Assembly: GCA_038045105.1 (NCBI GenBank)
Contig: JBBSYU010000025.1
Location: 1 to 32,158, forward strand
Direction of reading: 5' to 3'
DNA length: 32,158 bases
Origin: Nanobdellota archaeon
GTDB lineage: Archaea > Nanobdellota > Nanobdellia > Pacearchaeales > GW2011-AR1
Part shown: piece by piece, positions 15,433 to 22,630 of the stretch
Position numbering within the stretch: the stretch's first letter is position 1
How the letters are laid out: each line of letters begins with the position of its first letter
Translations under genes and position numbers: made by a program
Notes under the pieces: model-generated
The model's input: the letters and a program-made list of their open reading frames with translations, nothing else
Told to the model about the DNA's origin: nothing
The model's database searches: none

Positions 15433-16002
15433 ATGAAGAAGTCCTGGGGTAAAAAAATAATAAACATGATACCAAAATCAAAAAAATCGCAGCACGAGGC
15501 ACTGGGATTTGTGCTTATAGTTGCTATTGTAACTATAATAATTGTTATTTTTCTTTCATTATCTGCTGGAAAAGGCAATGTAATGAGGCAGAATAGTGTT
15601 GAAATATCTAATTTACTTCAGGCTTCTATTTATTATACTTCAGAATGCGCTATTAATTTTGTTCCACAATATCAGGAAGTGCAGGATTTAATATCTGCAT
15701 GCTATAAAAATCCAGAGCAAAAATGCTTGAATGGAACAGATGTCTGCCAGGCTTTAAATGAAACAATAAAAAAGGTTATAGAACAAAGCCTGAGAATCAG
15801 CCCTGATTCACCTAATAAAGCCTATAAATTAAATATATATTATAGTCCTTTGAATAATATCCAAAATAAAGAGATAATATTGTTGTCTGAAAAGGGTGTT
15901 TTTGACAAGTGCAAGTCAAGGCCAGGTGGAAGTTATTCATTACCTGCTGGAACATTCAGTTCTTCAACAATAAACATAGAATTAGAAGTTTGTGTTGGAT
16001 GA
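15433..16002 (+). CDS. Class III (type IV pilin-like) signal-peptide protein
   Basis: 189 aa (alternative start ATG 15466). The N-terminus is ...MIPKSKKS/QHEALGFVLIVAIVTIIIVIFLSL. 6 Cys in the mature part. Confidence 0.65.
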   Translation: MKKSWGKKIINMIPKSKKSQHEALGFVLIVAIVTIIIVIFLSLSAGKGNVMRQNSVEISNLLQASIYYTSECAINFVPQYQEVQDLISACYKNPEQKCLNGTDVCQALNETIKKVIEQSLRISPDSPNKAYKLNIYYSPLNNIQNKEIILLSEKGVFDKCKSRPGGSYSLPAGTFSSSTINIELEVCVG

Positions 16003-16021
16003 ATTAAGCTCAATAACAACC

Positions 16022-16171
16022 TGCTCTGTCCGGAATAACCTTATGATAGACTTATATTCTCCAAAAATAGCCTGTTTTTTATTTTTCTCCCCCTATTAAT
16101 GAGGGAGAACAAATCAAAAACGAGGAAATAATTGTGCAAAAGTGTATTAATTTAAAACTCCGGACAGAGCA
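16022..16171. repeat. 150-bp element bounded by perfect 13-bp GC-rich inverted repeats (TGCTCTGTCCGGA / TCCGGACAGAGCA) with nested co-centred stems
   Basis: The arms lie at 16022-16034 and 16159-16171. The inner stem is TTCTCCC (16085-16091) / GGGAGAA (16103-16109). The mid stem is CCTGTTTTT / AAAAACGAGG. No ORF. Unrelated to the main repeat family. Confidence 0.6.
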
Positions 16172-16187
16172 TAACAGCCAAAAGATT

Positions 16188-16210
16188 TATATATAACTCA
16201 GTTATATATA
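16188..16210. promoter_or_regulatory. 10-bp perfect palindrome TATATATAAC-TCA-GTTATATATA upstream of vapBC (TATA-rich promoter or operator candidate)
   Basis: Read directly, about 75 nt upstream of the vapB ATG. AbrB-type antitoxins commonly autoregulate through palindromic operators. Confidence 0.35.
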
Positions 16211-16223
16211 ATTATATATAAAT

Positions 16224-16294
16224 TCAAAATGGAAATAAAAAAATTTATAAAATTTTAGTCTTTCCATTTTTCGTATACTCAAAATGGAAATAAA
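16224..16294 (+). repeat. 16-bp perfect direct repeat TCAAAATGGAAATAAA (16224-16239 and 16279-16294); the second copy contains the vapB start codon
   Basis: Read directly, with 55-bp spacing. TGGAAA/TTTCCA inverted repeats lie between the two copies. Confidence 0.6.
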
Positions 16295-16496
16295 GACAAT
16301 CGCTAAAAGATGGGGAAGTTCTATTGGAGTTATCTTGCCCAAATCATTTGTAGATGAAAATAGAATCAGGGAAAATGAAGAAGTAATTATTGAAGTTAGG
16401 AAAAAAACATTAGCAGGAGATCTGTTTGGAAAATATCCTGAATGGAAAAAGTCTGCACAAGAAATCAAAGATGAGATGAAAAAAGGATGGGATTAA
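16284..16496 (+). CDS. vapB: AbrB/MazE/SpoVT-family antitoxin (VapB-like)
   Basis: 70 aa. MEIKTIAKRWGSSIGVILPKSFVDENRIRENEEVIIEV is a swapped-hairpin AbrB-type motif. The gene overlaps the downstream PIN gene by 10 nt. Confidence 0.75.
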   Translation: MEIKTIAKRWGSSIGVILPKSFVDENRIRENEEVIIEVRKKTLAGDLFGKYPEWKKSAQEIKDEMKKGWD

Positions 16497-16861
16497 AAAA
16501 ATATTTTTTTGACAGTTATGCCATAATAGAGCTTATGAAAGGAAATCCTAACTATGCTAAATATGTTTTTGAGGAAGTAACTATTACTGTTTTTAATCTT
16601 ACAGAAATTTATTTTTCAGCATTAAACACTCAAACTGAAGATGTTGCTGAAGAGATATATAACAAATATAAAGAAAGTGTTGTTAAGCTTACTGATAAAA
16701 TAATTCAAGAAGCTATGAAATTCAGAAAAAAGGTATATAAAGATAAAAAAATATCATATGCAGATGCAATTGGATATACTCATGCTTTAAAAAATAATAT
16801 GATATTTTTAACAGGGGACAAGGAATTTAAAGATCTAGATAATGTTGAATTTGTAAAATAA
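16487..16861 (+). CDS. vapC: PIN-domain ribonuclease toxin (VapC-like)
   Basis: 124 aa with an N-terminal FFDSYAIIEL (acidic D), an internal ..YADAIGY.., and C-terminal FLTGDKEFKDL, all typical of PIN domains. Translationally coupled to the AbrB gene. Confidence 0.75.
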   Translation: MGLKKYFFDSYAIIELMKGNPNYAKYVFEEVTITVFNLTEIYFSALNTQTEDVAEEIYNKYKESVVKLTDKIIQEAMKFRKKVYKDKKISYADAIGYTHALKNNMIFLTGDKEFKDLDNVEFVK

Positions 16862-16876
16862 GCTTTAAATAGAATA

Positions 16877-17731
16877 TCAAAAATTTCCGCTTCTTATTTT
16901 TTCCAATTCACTTCTGTCTTGCTCTAATTTTCTTTCAGCTTCTTTTATTTTTTCTTTTCTTTGTTTTATCTTGCCGATTTCTTCTTGTGCAAGCTTTATT
17001 TTTTCTTCTACTGCATTTAAAGCATCATCATCAGAATCATAACCTGATTTTTTATCAAAATATTCCTTAGAGCTTACTACCTTAAATGACTGATTTTTGT
17101 TTTTCAGCCTTTTTTTAGCAAAAACAACCATAAAAAGAATAACTATTATAAAAACAATTCCTATTACAAAATAAAGAGTTAATTTCCAGTTGATTTTTGA
17201 ATTTACTTTTGAACCAAAATCTTTTACATTAACTGCAAAGCCTGTCAAACCTATTTTAGATTTATTTGTTTCTTGAATGTCTGTTTGTTTAGACTCATTT
17301 GCAAGGGGAGTTGCAGTTAAATTGGTTTCAGTGATGTTTGTTTGATTTACAACCGGTTCTATCTCTTTTTTCTCTATTATGCTAACATTACCTGGAATAA
17401 AACTTATGTATACTGGGCTCCCTGTTTTTATATTTTCAATTCTTTCATTTAAAACAGTTTTTGAATCCTCTTTCAAAATCAATCTTAAATCAATTGATTT
17501 TTCACTAAAAGAATTTGAAACAAGGACTTCTCCATTCATACCTGTCCCTTTTGTAGTGCTGTTCTTAATTAGAACATAGGTTTCCCCAGACTGAAGATAT
17601 TGTATGAATAATTTTCTATTTGGAAGAGTTTTAATGCTTATGTCTGTTGCTGCGGCTAAAATATTTGCTACTAAAAGTAATAAAAAAATCAAAAATATTA
17701 TTAGTTTTTGTTTACCTTCTTTTCTTAACAT
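16877..17731 (-). CDS. Type I membrane protein with cytoplasmic coiled-coil tail
   Basis: 284 aa with signal LIIFLIFLLLLVANILAAA and TM LTLYFVIGIVFIIVILFMVVFA. The charged C-terminal tail is EEKIKLAQEEIGKIKQRKEKIKEAERKLEQDRSELEKI. Confidence 0.75.
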   Translation of the reverse strand: MLRKEGKQKLIIFLIFLLLLVANILAAATDISIKTLPNRKLFIQYLQSGETYVLIKNSTTKGTGMNGEVLVSNSFSEKSIDLRLILKEDSKTVLNERIENIKTGSPVYISFIPGNVSIIEKKEIEPVVNQTNITETNLTATPLANESKQTDIQETNKSKIGLTGFAVNVKDFGSKVNSKINWKLTLYFVIGIVFIIVILFMVVFAKKRLKNKNQSFKVVSSKEYFDKKSGYDSDDDALNAVEEKIKLAQEEIGKIKQRKEKIKEAERKLEQDRSELEKIRSGNF

Positions 17732-17793
17732 CTTAAATAGAGTAATATGCTCTTTATAAATTTTTTTATAGTGTTAAGATTATGTAGTTAAGA

Positions 17794-18189
17794 TTATAAA
17801 TCAATTGTTATAACAACCTGGTCAGCATCAACAATAGGCATTAGCAATTCTCTTCCTTTTTTATGCGACGCAATCAATTCTATAAAACCAAATTGCTCCA
17901 GAATTTTAATATCATGCCTTACTGATTTGAAATCCCTTCCCAAGAGCTTTGCCAATTGATATATTGATTCTGGTTTTTTAGTCTTTGCAATATGCAAAAG
18001 CCTTGCTTTTTCATTGCTCAGTATATGCCTTATATTTGAAACTTCTGATGCCCTGATATCTTTAGAATCTCCTTTAAGTTTATGAAATATTGATGAAAAA
18101 GTGCCTTCTTTCAATGAAACTGAAATATTTTTAATTTGTTTTGCCATATCTGAATCTATTTTTATCTGTGTTTTTAATAAACAGGGCAT
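17794..18189 (-). CDS. Winged-helix (ArsR/MarR-like) transcriptional regulator
   Basis: 131 aa (the likely true start is MAKQIK at 18147). ESIYQLAKLLGRDFKSVRHDIKILEQFGFIELI is an HTH plus wing pattern. The gene is divergent from the S-layer-like gene. Confidence 0.6.
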   Translation of the reverse strand: MPCLLKTQIKIDSDMAKQIKNISVSLKEGTFSSIFHKLKGDSKDIRASEVSNIRHILSNEKARLLHIAKTKKPESIYQLAKLLGRDFKSVRHDIKILEQFGFIELIASHKKGRELLMPIVDADQVVITIDL

Positions 18190-18406
18190 ACTATATAAAT
18201 CTTTCCATATATCTGAGATATATATATTTATGATACTGGTTTATGATTATAATATATGTCATAAAATATAGTGTATCTTAAAAAAATAGATTTTAAGAGC
18301 TTGAGATAGATTATAAAAGATGTCTAATGATTAGTATCTATTTGTCAGTTACAACATAAGGTTTATAAATAAATGCCTTAAAAATAGTATTTCTTAGAAA
18401 TATTTT

Positions 18407-18420
18407 ATGCTTATAAGCAT
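18407..18420. promoter_or_regulatory. 14-bp perfect palindrome ATGCTTATAAGCAT in the 412-bp regulator/S-layer intergenic region
   Basis: Read directly. Confidence 0.3.
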
Positions 18421-18464
18421 GCTAAGGCAGAAAGCTTTTTAAACAAAAATTAATATAGGTTTGT

Positions 18465-18487
18465 ATTACTTAATCTAATTAAGTAAT
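18465..18487. promoter_or_regulatory. 10-bp perfect inverted repeat ATTACTTAAT-CTA-ATTAAGTAAT upstream of the S-layer-like gene
   Basis: Read directly. It has the same 10+3+10 geometry as the vapBC palindrome. Confidence 0.3.
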
Positions 18488-18601
18488 AATAAACTGGCTG
18501 GTTTATACAGTTTTTTCAAAAAGAGATGACAGTAACAAAAGTCTGTAAAGAATTTAAAAAACAGACATTAATTATTATATTAGTGAAAGGAGGTTTAAAA
18601 A

Positions 18602-21226
18602 ATGAAATTTAATTATAAAAAAATAGCTTCTGTGTTAGCTAGCGCAATAATGCTATCAAGCACTATTGGATTCGCTGCTGCTGTAGGCACATATCCTGCA
18701 CCTTTTGTTGCAGGAGGAACAGCTAATGGAGCTGTTATTGTTGGTGCAAATGCAGCCCCAAGTGATTGGGCTTTAGCTATTGATGTTGGACAAAAGCTTA
18801 GCGCTCTTGTATCATCAGGAACAACAAGCACAAATGTTGCAACAACAGGAGAAACAGCTGCGCTGTTTACTAGTTCATCAAAAATCAATGTAAATGACAC
18901 ATTGAGACAGGTTAAAACTGTTTTAACAAAAAGTGAACTTCCTACTGTCTTGAAAGACCAGAGTTTTTCAGGAAATGTTGATGCTACTCTTGTTCAAACT
19001 ATTGATCTTGGAACAAATCCTGCAATAACGTTTGCAAAACAACCAGTATCTACAAATGATCCTAGATTAGGATTAACAGTAGCAACAAGCACTAATAATG
19101 TTATTTACAATTCTTCTGTAACATTTAACAAGGCTGTTAATTTAAGCCATGCTGATTCAGAAGGACAGGAAATAACTTTGTTTGGACAGAAATTCACTAT
19201 TGCTGCTGCAACTAGTGATACTGATTTAGTGTTATTAAAGTCAGCTCAAAAAGTTTCTTTAACATCAGATAGTCCTACGGCAGAAGTTACTGTTGGTGGA
19301 AAAACATACACTATTGAATTAATCTCATCATCAGATACTGCTGCAACTATAGCTGTTACTGATGATGCTGGAACAACAGAAAGCAAAGAAGTTAGTGAGG
19401 CTGCTTCAAAAAAGATTAATGGATTAACAATTGCTGTTAATACTGCTGATGAAACTAATTTGAAATTATCAGCATCTGTAATTGCAGGCGCTGAAAAAAT
19501 GACTTTTACTTCTGGAGGCGCTGTAACAACTGGAGATTCTGCAACTTCAATTGAGGGAACTCTTGTTACAATGACAGGAGGAGTTGGTGCAATGACAAAA
19601 TTAGTTATAGGTATTGCTGCAAAAAATTCAGATAATGATGCAATAATGCCTGGAGAAACTTTTGTAGATCCTGTATTTGGGACATTCAAAATTGATTTTT
19701 CAGGTGGATTGAATATTGCTGATACTTTTACTGATAATGCACAAAGAGAAAGCTTTGAAGTAAGAAATGTTGGTGATGACAAGATGTCAGTAAAATTCAA
19801 GAATCATAAAGGTAATGAGGCAACTGTTCAGTTTGCAAAAAATACAACACATACAATGCAACTTGCTTATGATGATGATATCAAGAATATAACTGTTCTT
19901 GAAAAAGAAAGTATACTTAAAAATGGTTATGTTGTGGTAGGAAATCAAGATGAGGGATACTTGTTAAGAGTTTCTACATTAACAAATTCTTCTGCTCATT
20001 CAAATGACAAAATTGTTTTAACAGATGTGTTTGATACTTCAAGCACATATACAGCAACAATAACGGCAGAGGGAGTAGGAACAATAACTATTGGAGGAAA
20101 AGTATATAATGTATATGGTAATATCACTAATGTTGACAGTGATAGTATTGTTTTAGATTATCCTGATAGTTCTGCTGCTGGTTCAATAATTGCATATCCT
20201 ACAATACAAACTTCAAAGGGAGCAAAGATTGCTTTCTATGAACCATTGACAATAAATTTAGTGGATGTTGATGGACGTTTAGCTACAACAACTGCGGCTA
20301 CGCAATTAAAAATTCCAGATGGGGATGGTTATACTGATTTTACACTTACTCATTTAACAGGAGCAGGTAATTGGACTATTGGAACTCAGACAATTAATAC
20401 TACTGATCCAATAGAAGCTGGCAATGCAAATTTAACTGTTGGTAGGTTAATTTTTACAGCAGTTTCTACAGCAGTATCAAACCAAACTAAGCTTTATCTT
20501 AGAGACCCAACAACTCCACAGACTCTTATCAGAGACCCTGCATTAATCATTTTTGAAGAAAAAGATGATGCAACAAATTATGAAGCAATAGTTATTACTT
20601 TAGAGACAGGTGCAACAAGCACTGATGGTATTGGAGTGGATGATATTATAAGAACATGGGGCGGTGATAGTGTTTGGGATGCAACAGCTCTTGCAAGCAA
20701 GAGCACACATTCAAAAGAAGTTGATTTGTTTGGAACAATTGCATTAGTTGACACTGGAGATAGTGACCAAGCAACTGCAATAATAAGTTATCCTGACGAG
20801 CAACTTTATGCACAATTATATATTGGAACTGAAGCTTCTGCAATAACTCCTGGAACATCTGTATCAGGAGGAGGAGGACAGGTTCTTGTTGTAAAAGACA
20901 CTCAAGTTGACTCTGTTAAAGACAAAAACTTGTTTGTTGTTGGAGGAAGTTGTATCAATGAAGTTGCTGCAAAAATATTAGGGGCAAGTACTCCTGTTTG
21001 CGGTGCTGACTTTACTAACATAGCTAAGATAAGTGCTGGAGGGTATATAATAAAAACTGTTGAATCTCCTTATAGCGCAACTAAAGTGGCAACACTTGTT
21101 GCTGGTTATAATGCTGATGATACTTCAGTTGCTGTTGCTAAAGCCTTAACAGGTGTTGCAACAGACAAAGATACTTCAATAACATATCCAGAACTTTCTA
21201 CAGGCACAACTACAACAACTGAATAA
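18602..21226 (+). CDS. S-layer-like major surface protein
   Basis: 874 aa. A strong SD (AAAGGAGG) lies 8 nt upstream, and the signal is KIASVLASAIMLSSTIGFAAA. The protein is Thr/Ser/Ala/Val-rich and acidic with many N-x-S/T sequons. A long oligo-T terminator follows, and GC is higher than in neighbouring genes. Confidence 0.6.
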   Translation: MKFNYKKIASVLASAIMLSSTIGFAAAVGTYPAPFVAGGTANGAVIVGANAAPSDWALAIDVGQKLSALVSSGTTSTNVATTGETAALFTSSSKINVNDTLRQVKTVLTKSELPTVLKDQSFSGNVDATLVQTIDLGTNPAITFAKQPVSTNDPRLGLTVATSTNNVIYNSSVTFNKAVNLSHADSEGQEITLFGQKFTIAAATSDTDLVLLKSAQKVSLTSDSPTAEVTVGGKTYTIELISSSDTAATIAVTDDAGTTESKEVSEAASKKINGLTIAVNTADETNLKLSASVIAGAEKMTFTSGGAVTTGDSATSIEGTLVTMTGGVGAMTKLVIGIAAKNSDNDAIMPGETFVDPVFGTFKIDFSGGLNIADTFTDNAQRESFEVRNVGDDKMSVKFKNHKGNEATVQFAKNTTHTMQLAYDDDIKNITVLEKESILKNGYVVVGNQDEGYLLRVSTLTNSSAHSNDKIVLTDVFDTSSTYTATITAEGVGTITIGGKVYNVYGNITNVDSDSIVLDYPDSSAAGSIIAYPTIQTSKGAKIAFYEPLTINLVDVDGRLATTTAATQLKIPDGDGYTDFTLTHLTGAGNWTIGTQTINTTDPIEAGNANLTVGRLIFTAVSTAVSNQTKLYLRDPTTPQTLIRDPALIIFEEKDDATNYEAIVITLETGATSTDGIGVDDIIRTWGGDSVWDATALASKSTHSKEVDLFGTIALVDTGDSDQATAIISYPDEQLYAQLYIGTEASAITPGTSVSGGGGQVLVVKDTQVDSVKDKNLFVVGGSCINEVAAKILGASTPVCGADFTNIAKISAGGYIIKTVESPYSATKVATLVAGYNADDTSVAVAKALTGVATDKDTSITYPELSTGTTTTTE

Positions 21227-21235
21227 AGCTAATCT

Positions 21236-21270
21236 TATTTTATTTTTTTCTTTTTTTTCTTTTTTTATTT
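21236..21270 (+). terminator. Oligo-T terminator after the S-layer-like gene
   Basis: TATTTTATTTTTTTCTTTTTTTTCTTTTTTTATTT. Archaeal termination occurs at oligo-T tracts. Confidence 0.65.
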
Positions 21271-21304
21271 AACCTATTATTTGGAGATTTATTAGAATTC
21301 TCTT

Positions 21305-21428
21305 ATATTATTTATTGGAATTGAATATAATTTTAAGAGAGAACAGGTAGTTCATAAAGTGAGTTTGCATCTCAACTCTATTTCTTGCGCTCACCCATAA
21401 CTTAATTAATTATTTACATTACCAATAC
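21305..21428 (-). repeat. MITE-like intergenic repeat, copy 10a
   Basis: ATATTATTTATTGGAATTGAATATAATTTTAAG...GCGCTCACCCATAACTTAATTAATTATTTACATTACCAATAC. Confidence 0.75.
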
Positions 21429-21430
21429 TT

Positions 21431-21522
21431 TTCTTATTGGAATTGTGTATAATTTAAGATATGATGCATCTGTTAATTTATTATGGCTTCTGATTCATCA
21501 AGTTTTTTACATTACCAATATC
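21431..21522 (-). repeat. MITE-like intergenic repeat, copy 10b (short; lacks the GATGAG core)
   Basis: TTCTTATTGGAATTGTGTATAATTTAAGATATGATGCATCTGTTAATTTATTATGGCTTCTGATTCATCAAGTTTTTTACATTACCAATATC. Confidence 0.8.
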
Positions 21523-21650
21523 TATTTTAGTATCATATATTCTTTATCAGTTATGACATCTGTTTATTTTAGAGTTTGATATTGCTTCATCTCAACTTAC
21601 GCTTTAATCTACTCGTTAACATTTCTTAAGCTTCTATATTACCAATATCC
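21523..21650 (-). repeat. MITE-like intergenic repeat, copy 10c
   Basis: TATTTTAGTATCATATATTCTTTATCAGTTATGACATCTGTTTATTTTAGAGTTTGATATTGCTTCATCTCAACTTACGCTTTAATCTACTCGTTAAC...CTATATTACCAATATCC. Confidence 0.8.
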
Positions 21651-21775
21651 ATTTTGGTATCATATGTCTATTATCAGTTATAACATCTGTTTATTTTAGA
21701 GTTTGATATTGCTTCATCTCAACTTACTTTCTAATCTTCTCACAAACATATCTTATTCTTTATATTACTAATAAT
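21651..21775 (-). repeat. MITE-like intergenic repeat, copy 10d (near-identical tandem twin of 10c)
   Basis: It shares a >40-nt identical run (ACATCTGTTTATTTTAGAGTTTGATATTGCTTCATCTCAACTTAC) with 10c and ends TATATTACTAATAATT. Confidence 0.8.
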
Positions 21776-21860
21776 TATATTTTTGTTTTAAAATCTAAAT
21801 TCGAAAGTATTTTAAAGTGAAAAAATCTGTTATTTTCATATAAATTTTTATAAGAACAAG

Positions 21861-22442
21861 ATGAGAAAAATAATGACTAGAACAGAATTGGAAAGGAAAA
21901 GCAGGAGAAACCAGTGGATAGTTGGAGGAGTATTAATGTTAATAATGTTATTCAGCACTCTTGGTTATGCATTAAATTATGAAACAAAAACTACGACAGA
22001 AGTTGTTGATTATAAAGGTATAAAATTCATAAAAAGCGACAGTTACTGGAACTTTAACAGCCAGGGACAGAGCCTTATTACAAGATATAATCCAGAAGAA
22101 ACAAAAAATATCAGTCTTATTGGAATAAATATAAACCTTAATGATTATAAAAACAAACCATTATATTTTGTTGGAAATTTTCAGGAAACAAATAATGAGT
22201 TAGGGAGAAATATAAATACATTTGTATTAAGAATGCAGGATGCATGTCTGGAAGGTGAAAACTGCACTTCTGATTTTCCTGTTAAAAGTTGCTCAGAGGA
22301 TAATGTAATTGTTATAAAAGAGCCTTATGAAAAAATTAAAGAAAGTGTTTATAAAAATGAAAAATGCATTTTTATAACTGCAAATCTTGAAAATCAGACA
22401 AGATTTGCAGATGCTGTTTTGTTTAAAATTCTGGGTATCTAA
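21861..22442 (+). CDS. N-terminally membrane-anchored exported protein (hypothetical)
   Basis: 193 aa with RKSRRNQWIVGGVLMLIMLFSTLGYAL. 4 Cys in the mature part. Confidence 0.7.
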   Translation: MRKIMTRTELERKSRRNQWIVGGVLMLIMLFSTLGYALNYETKTTTEVVDYKGIKFIKSDSYWNFNSQGQSLITRYNPEETKNISLIGININLNDYKNKPLYFVGNFQETNNELGRNINTFVLRMQDACLEGENCTSDFPVKSCSEDNVIVIKEPYEKIKESVYKNEKCIFITANLENQTRFADAVLFKILGI

Positions 22443-22469
22443 TTCTATTTTAATTTATAATATTAATTT

Positions 22470-22563
22470 TAAAAAAGTTATAGCATCTGTTCATTTCTTT
22501 GTTTCTCATTAACATATTAATCTCCTCACCCATAACATCTTAGTTTTTTGTATTACTGATAAT
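22470..22563 (-). repeat. MITE-like intergenic repeat, copy 11 (one terminus eroded)
   Basis: AAAAGTTATAGCATCTGTTCATTTC...CATATTAATCTCCTCACCCATAACATCTTAGTTTTTTGTATTACTGATAAT. Confidence 0.65.
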
Positions 22564-22630
22564 CTATTACATTTAAGACATAGTTTTTCTTATTCATAAT
22601 CTTTAAAAAGCAAGTTTTTCTTTAATTAAT

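Noticed and set aside
921-16002. Integron-like cassette array with the repeats acting as attC sites
   Set aside because: It is tempting because co-directional ORFs are separated by hairpin-forming repeats. However, the repeats are conserved in sequence rather than only in structure, occur in both orientations and in multiples, and are also found between housekeeping genes. The GTTATG/CATAAC sub-terminal repeat does not fit the GTTRRRY core, and no integrase is present in the window.
6444-16002. Calling the region a functional type IV pilus or archaellum operon
   Set aside because: Only pilin-like substrates are visible. No ATPase, platform protein or prepilin peptidase is in the window, so only the signal-peptide class is claimed.
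7178-17579. Other nested or antisense ORFs from the track (7178-7471 -, 7228-7413 +, 10013-10195 -, 10578-10868 -, 11410-11688 -, 11866-12159 -, 12092-12280 -, 13544-13843 -, 14464-14709 -, 16202-16468 -, 17379-17579 +)
   Set aside because: Each overlaps a longer ORF with recognisable features (signal peptides or known families), or overlaps repeat sequence. None has an independent motif.
18613-20858. Minus-strand ORFs 18613-18900, 19246-19800 and 20646-20858 inside the S-layer-like gene
   Set aside because: They are antisense to an 874-aa ORF that has an SD, a signal peptide and a terminator. The relatively GC- and Ala/Thr-rich codon composition of that gene keeps the opposite frame open by chance.
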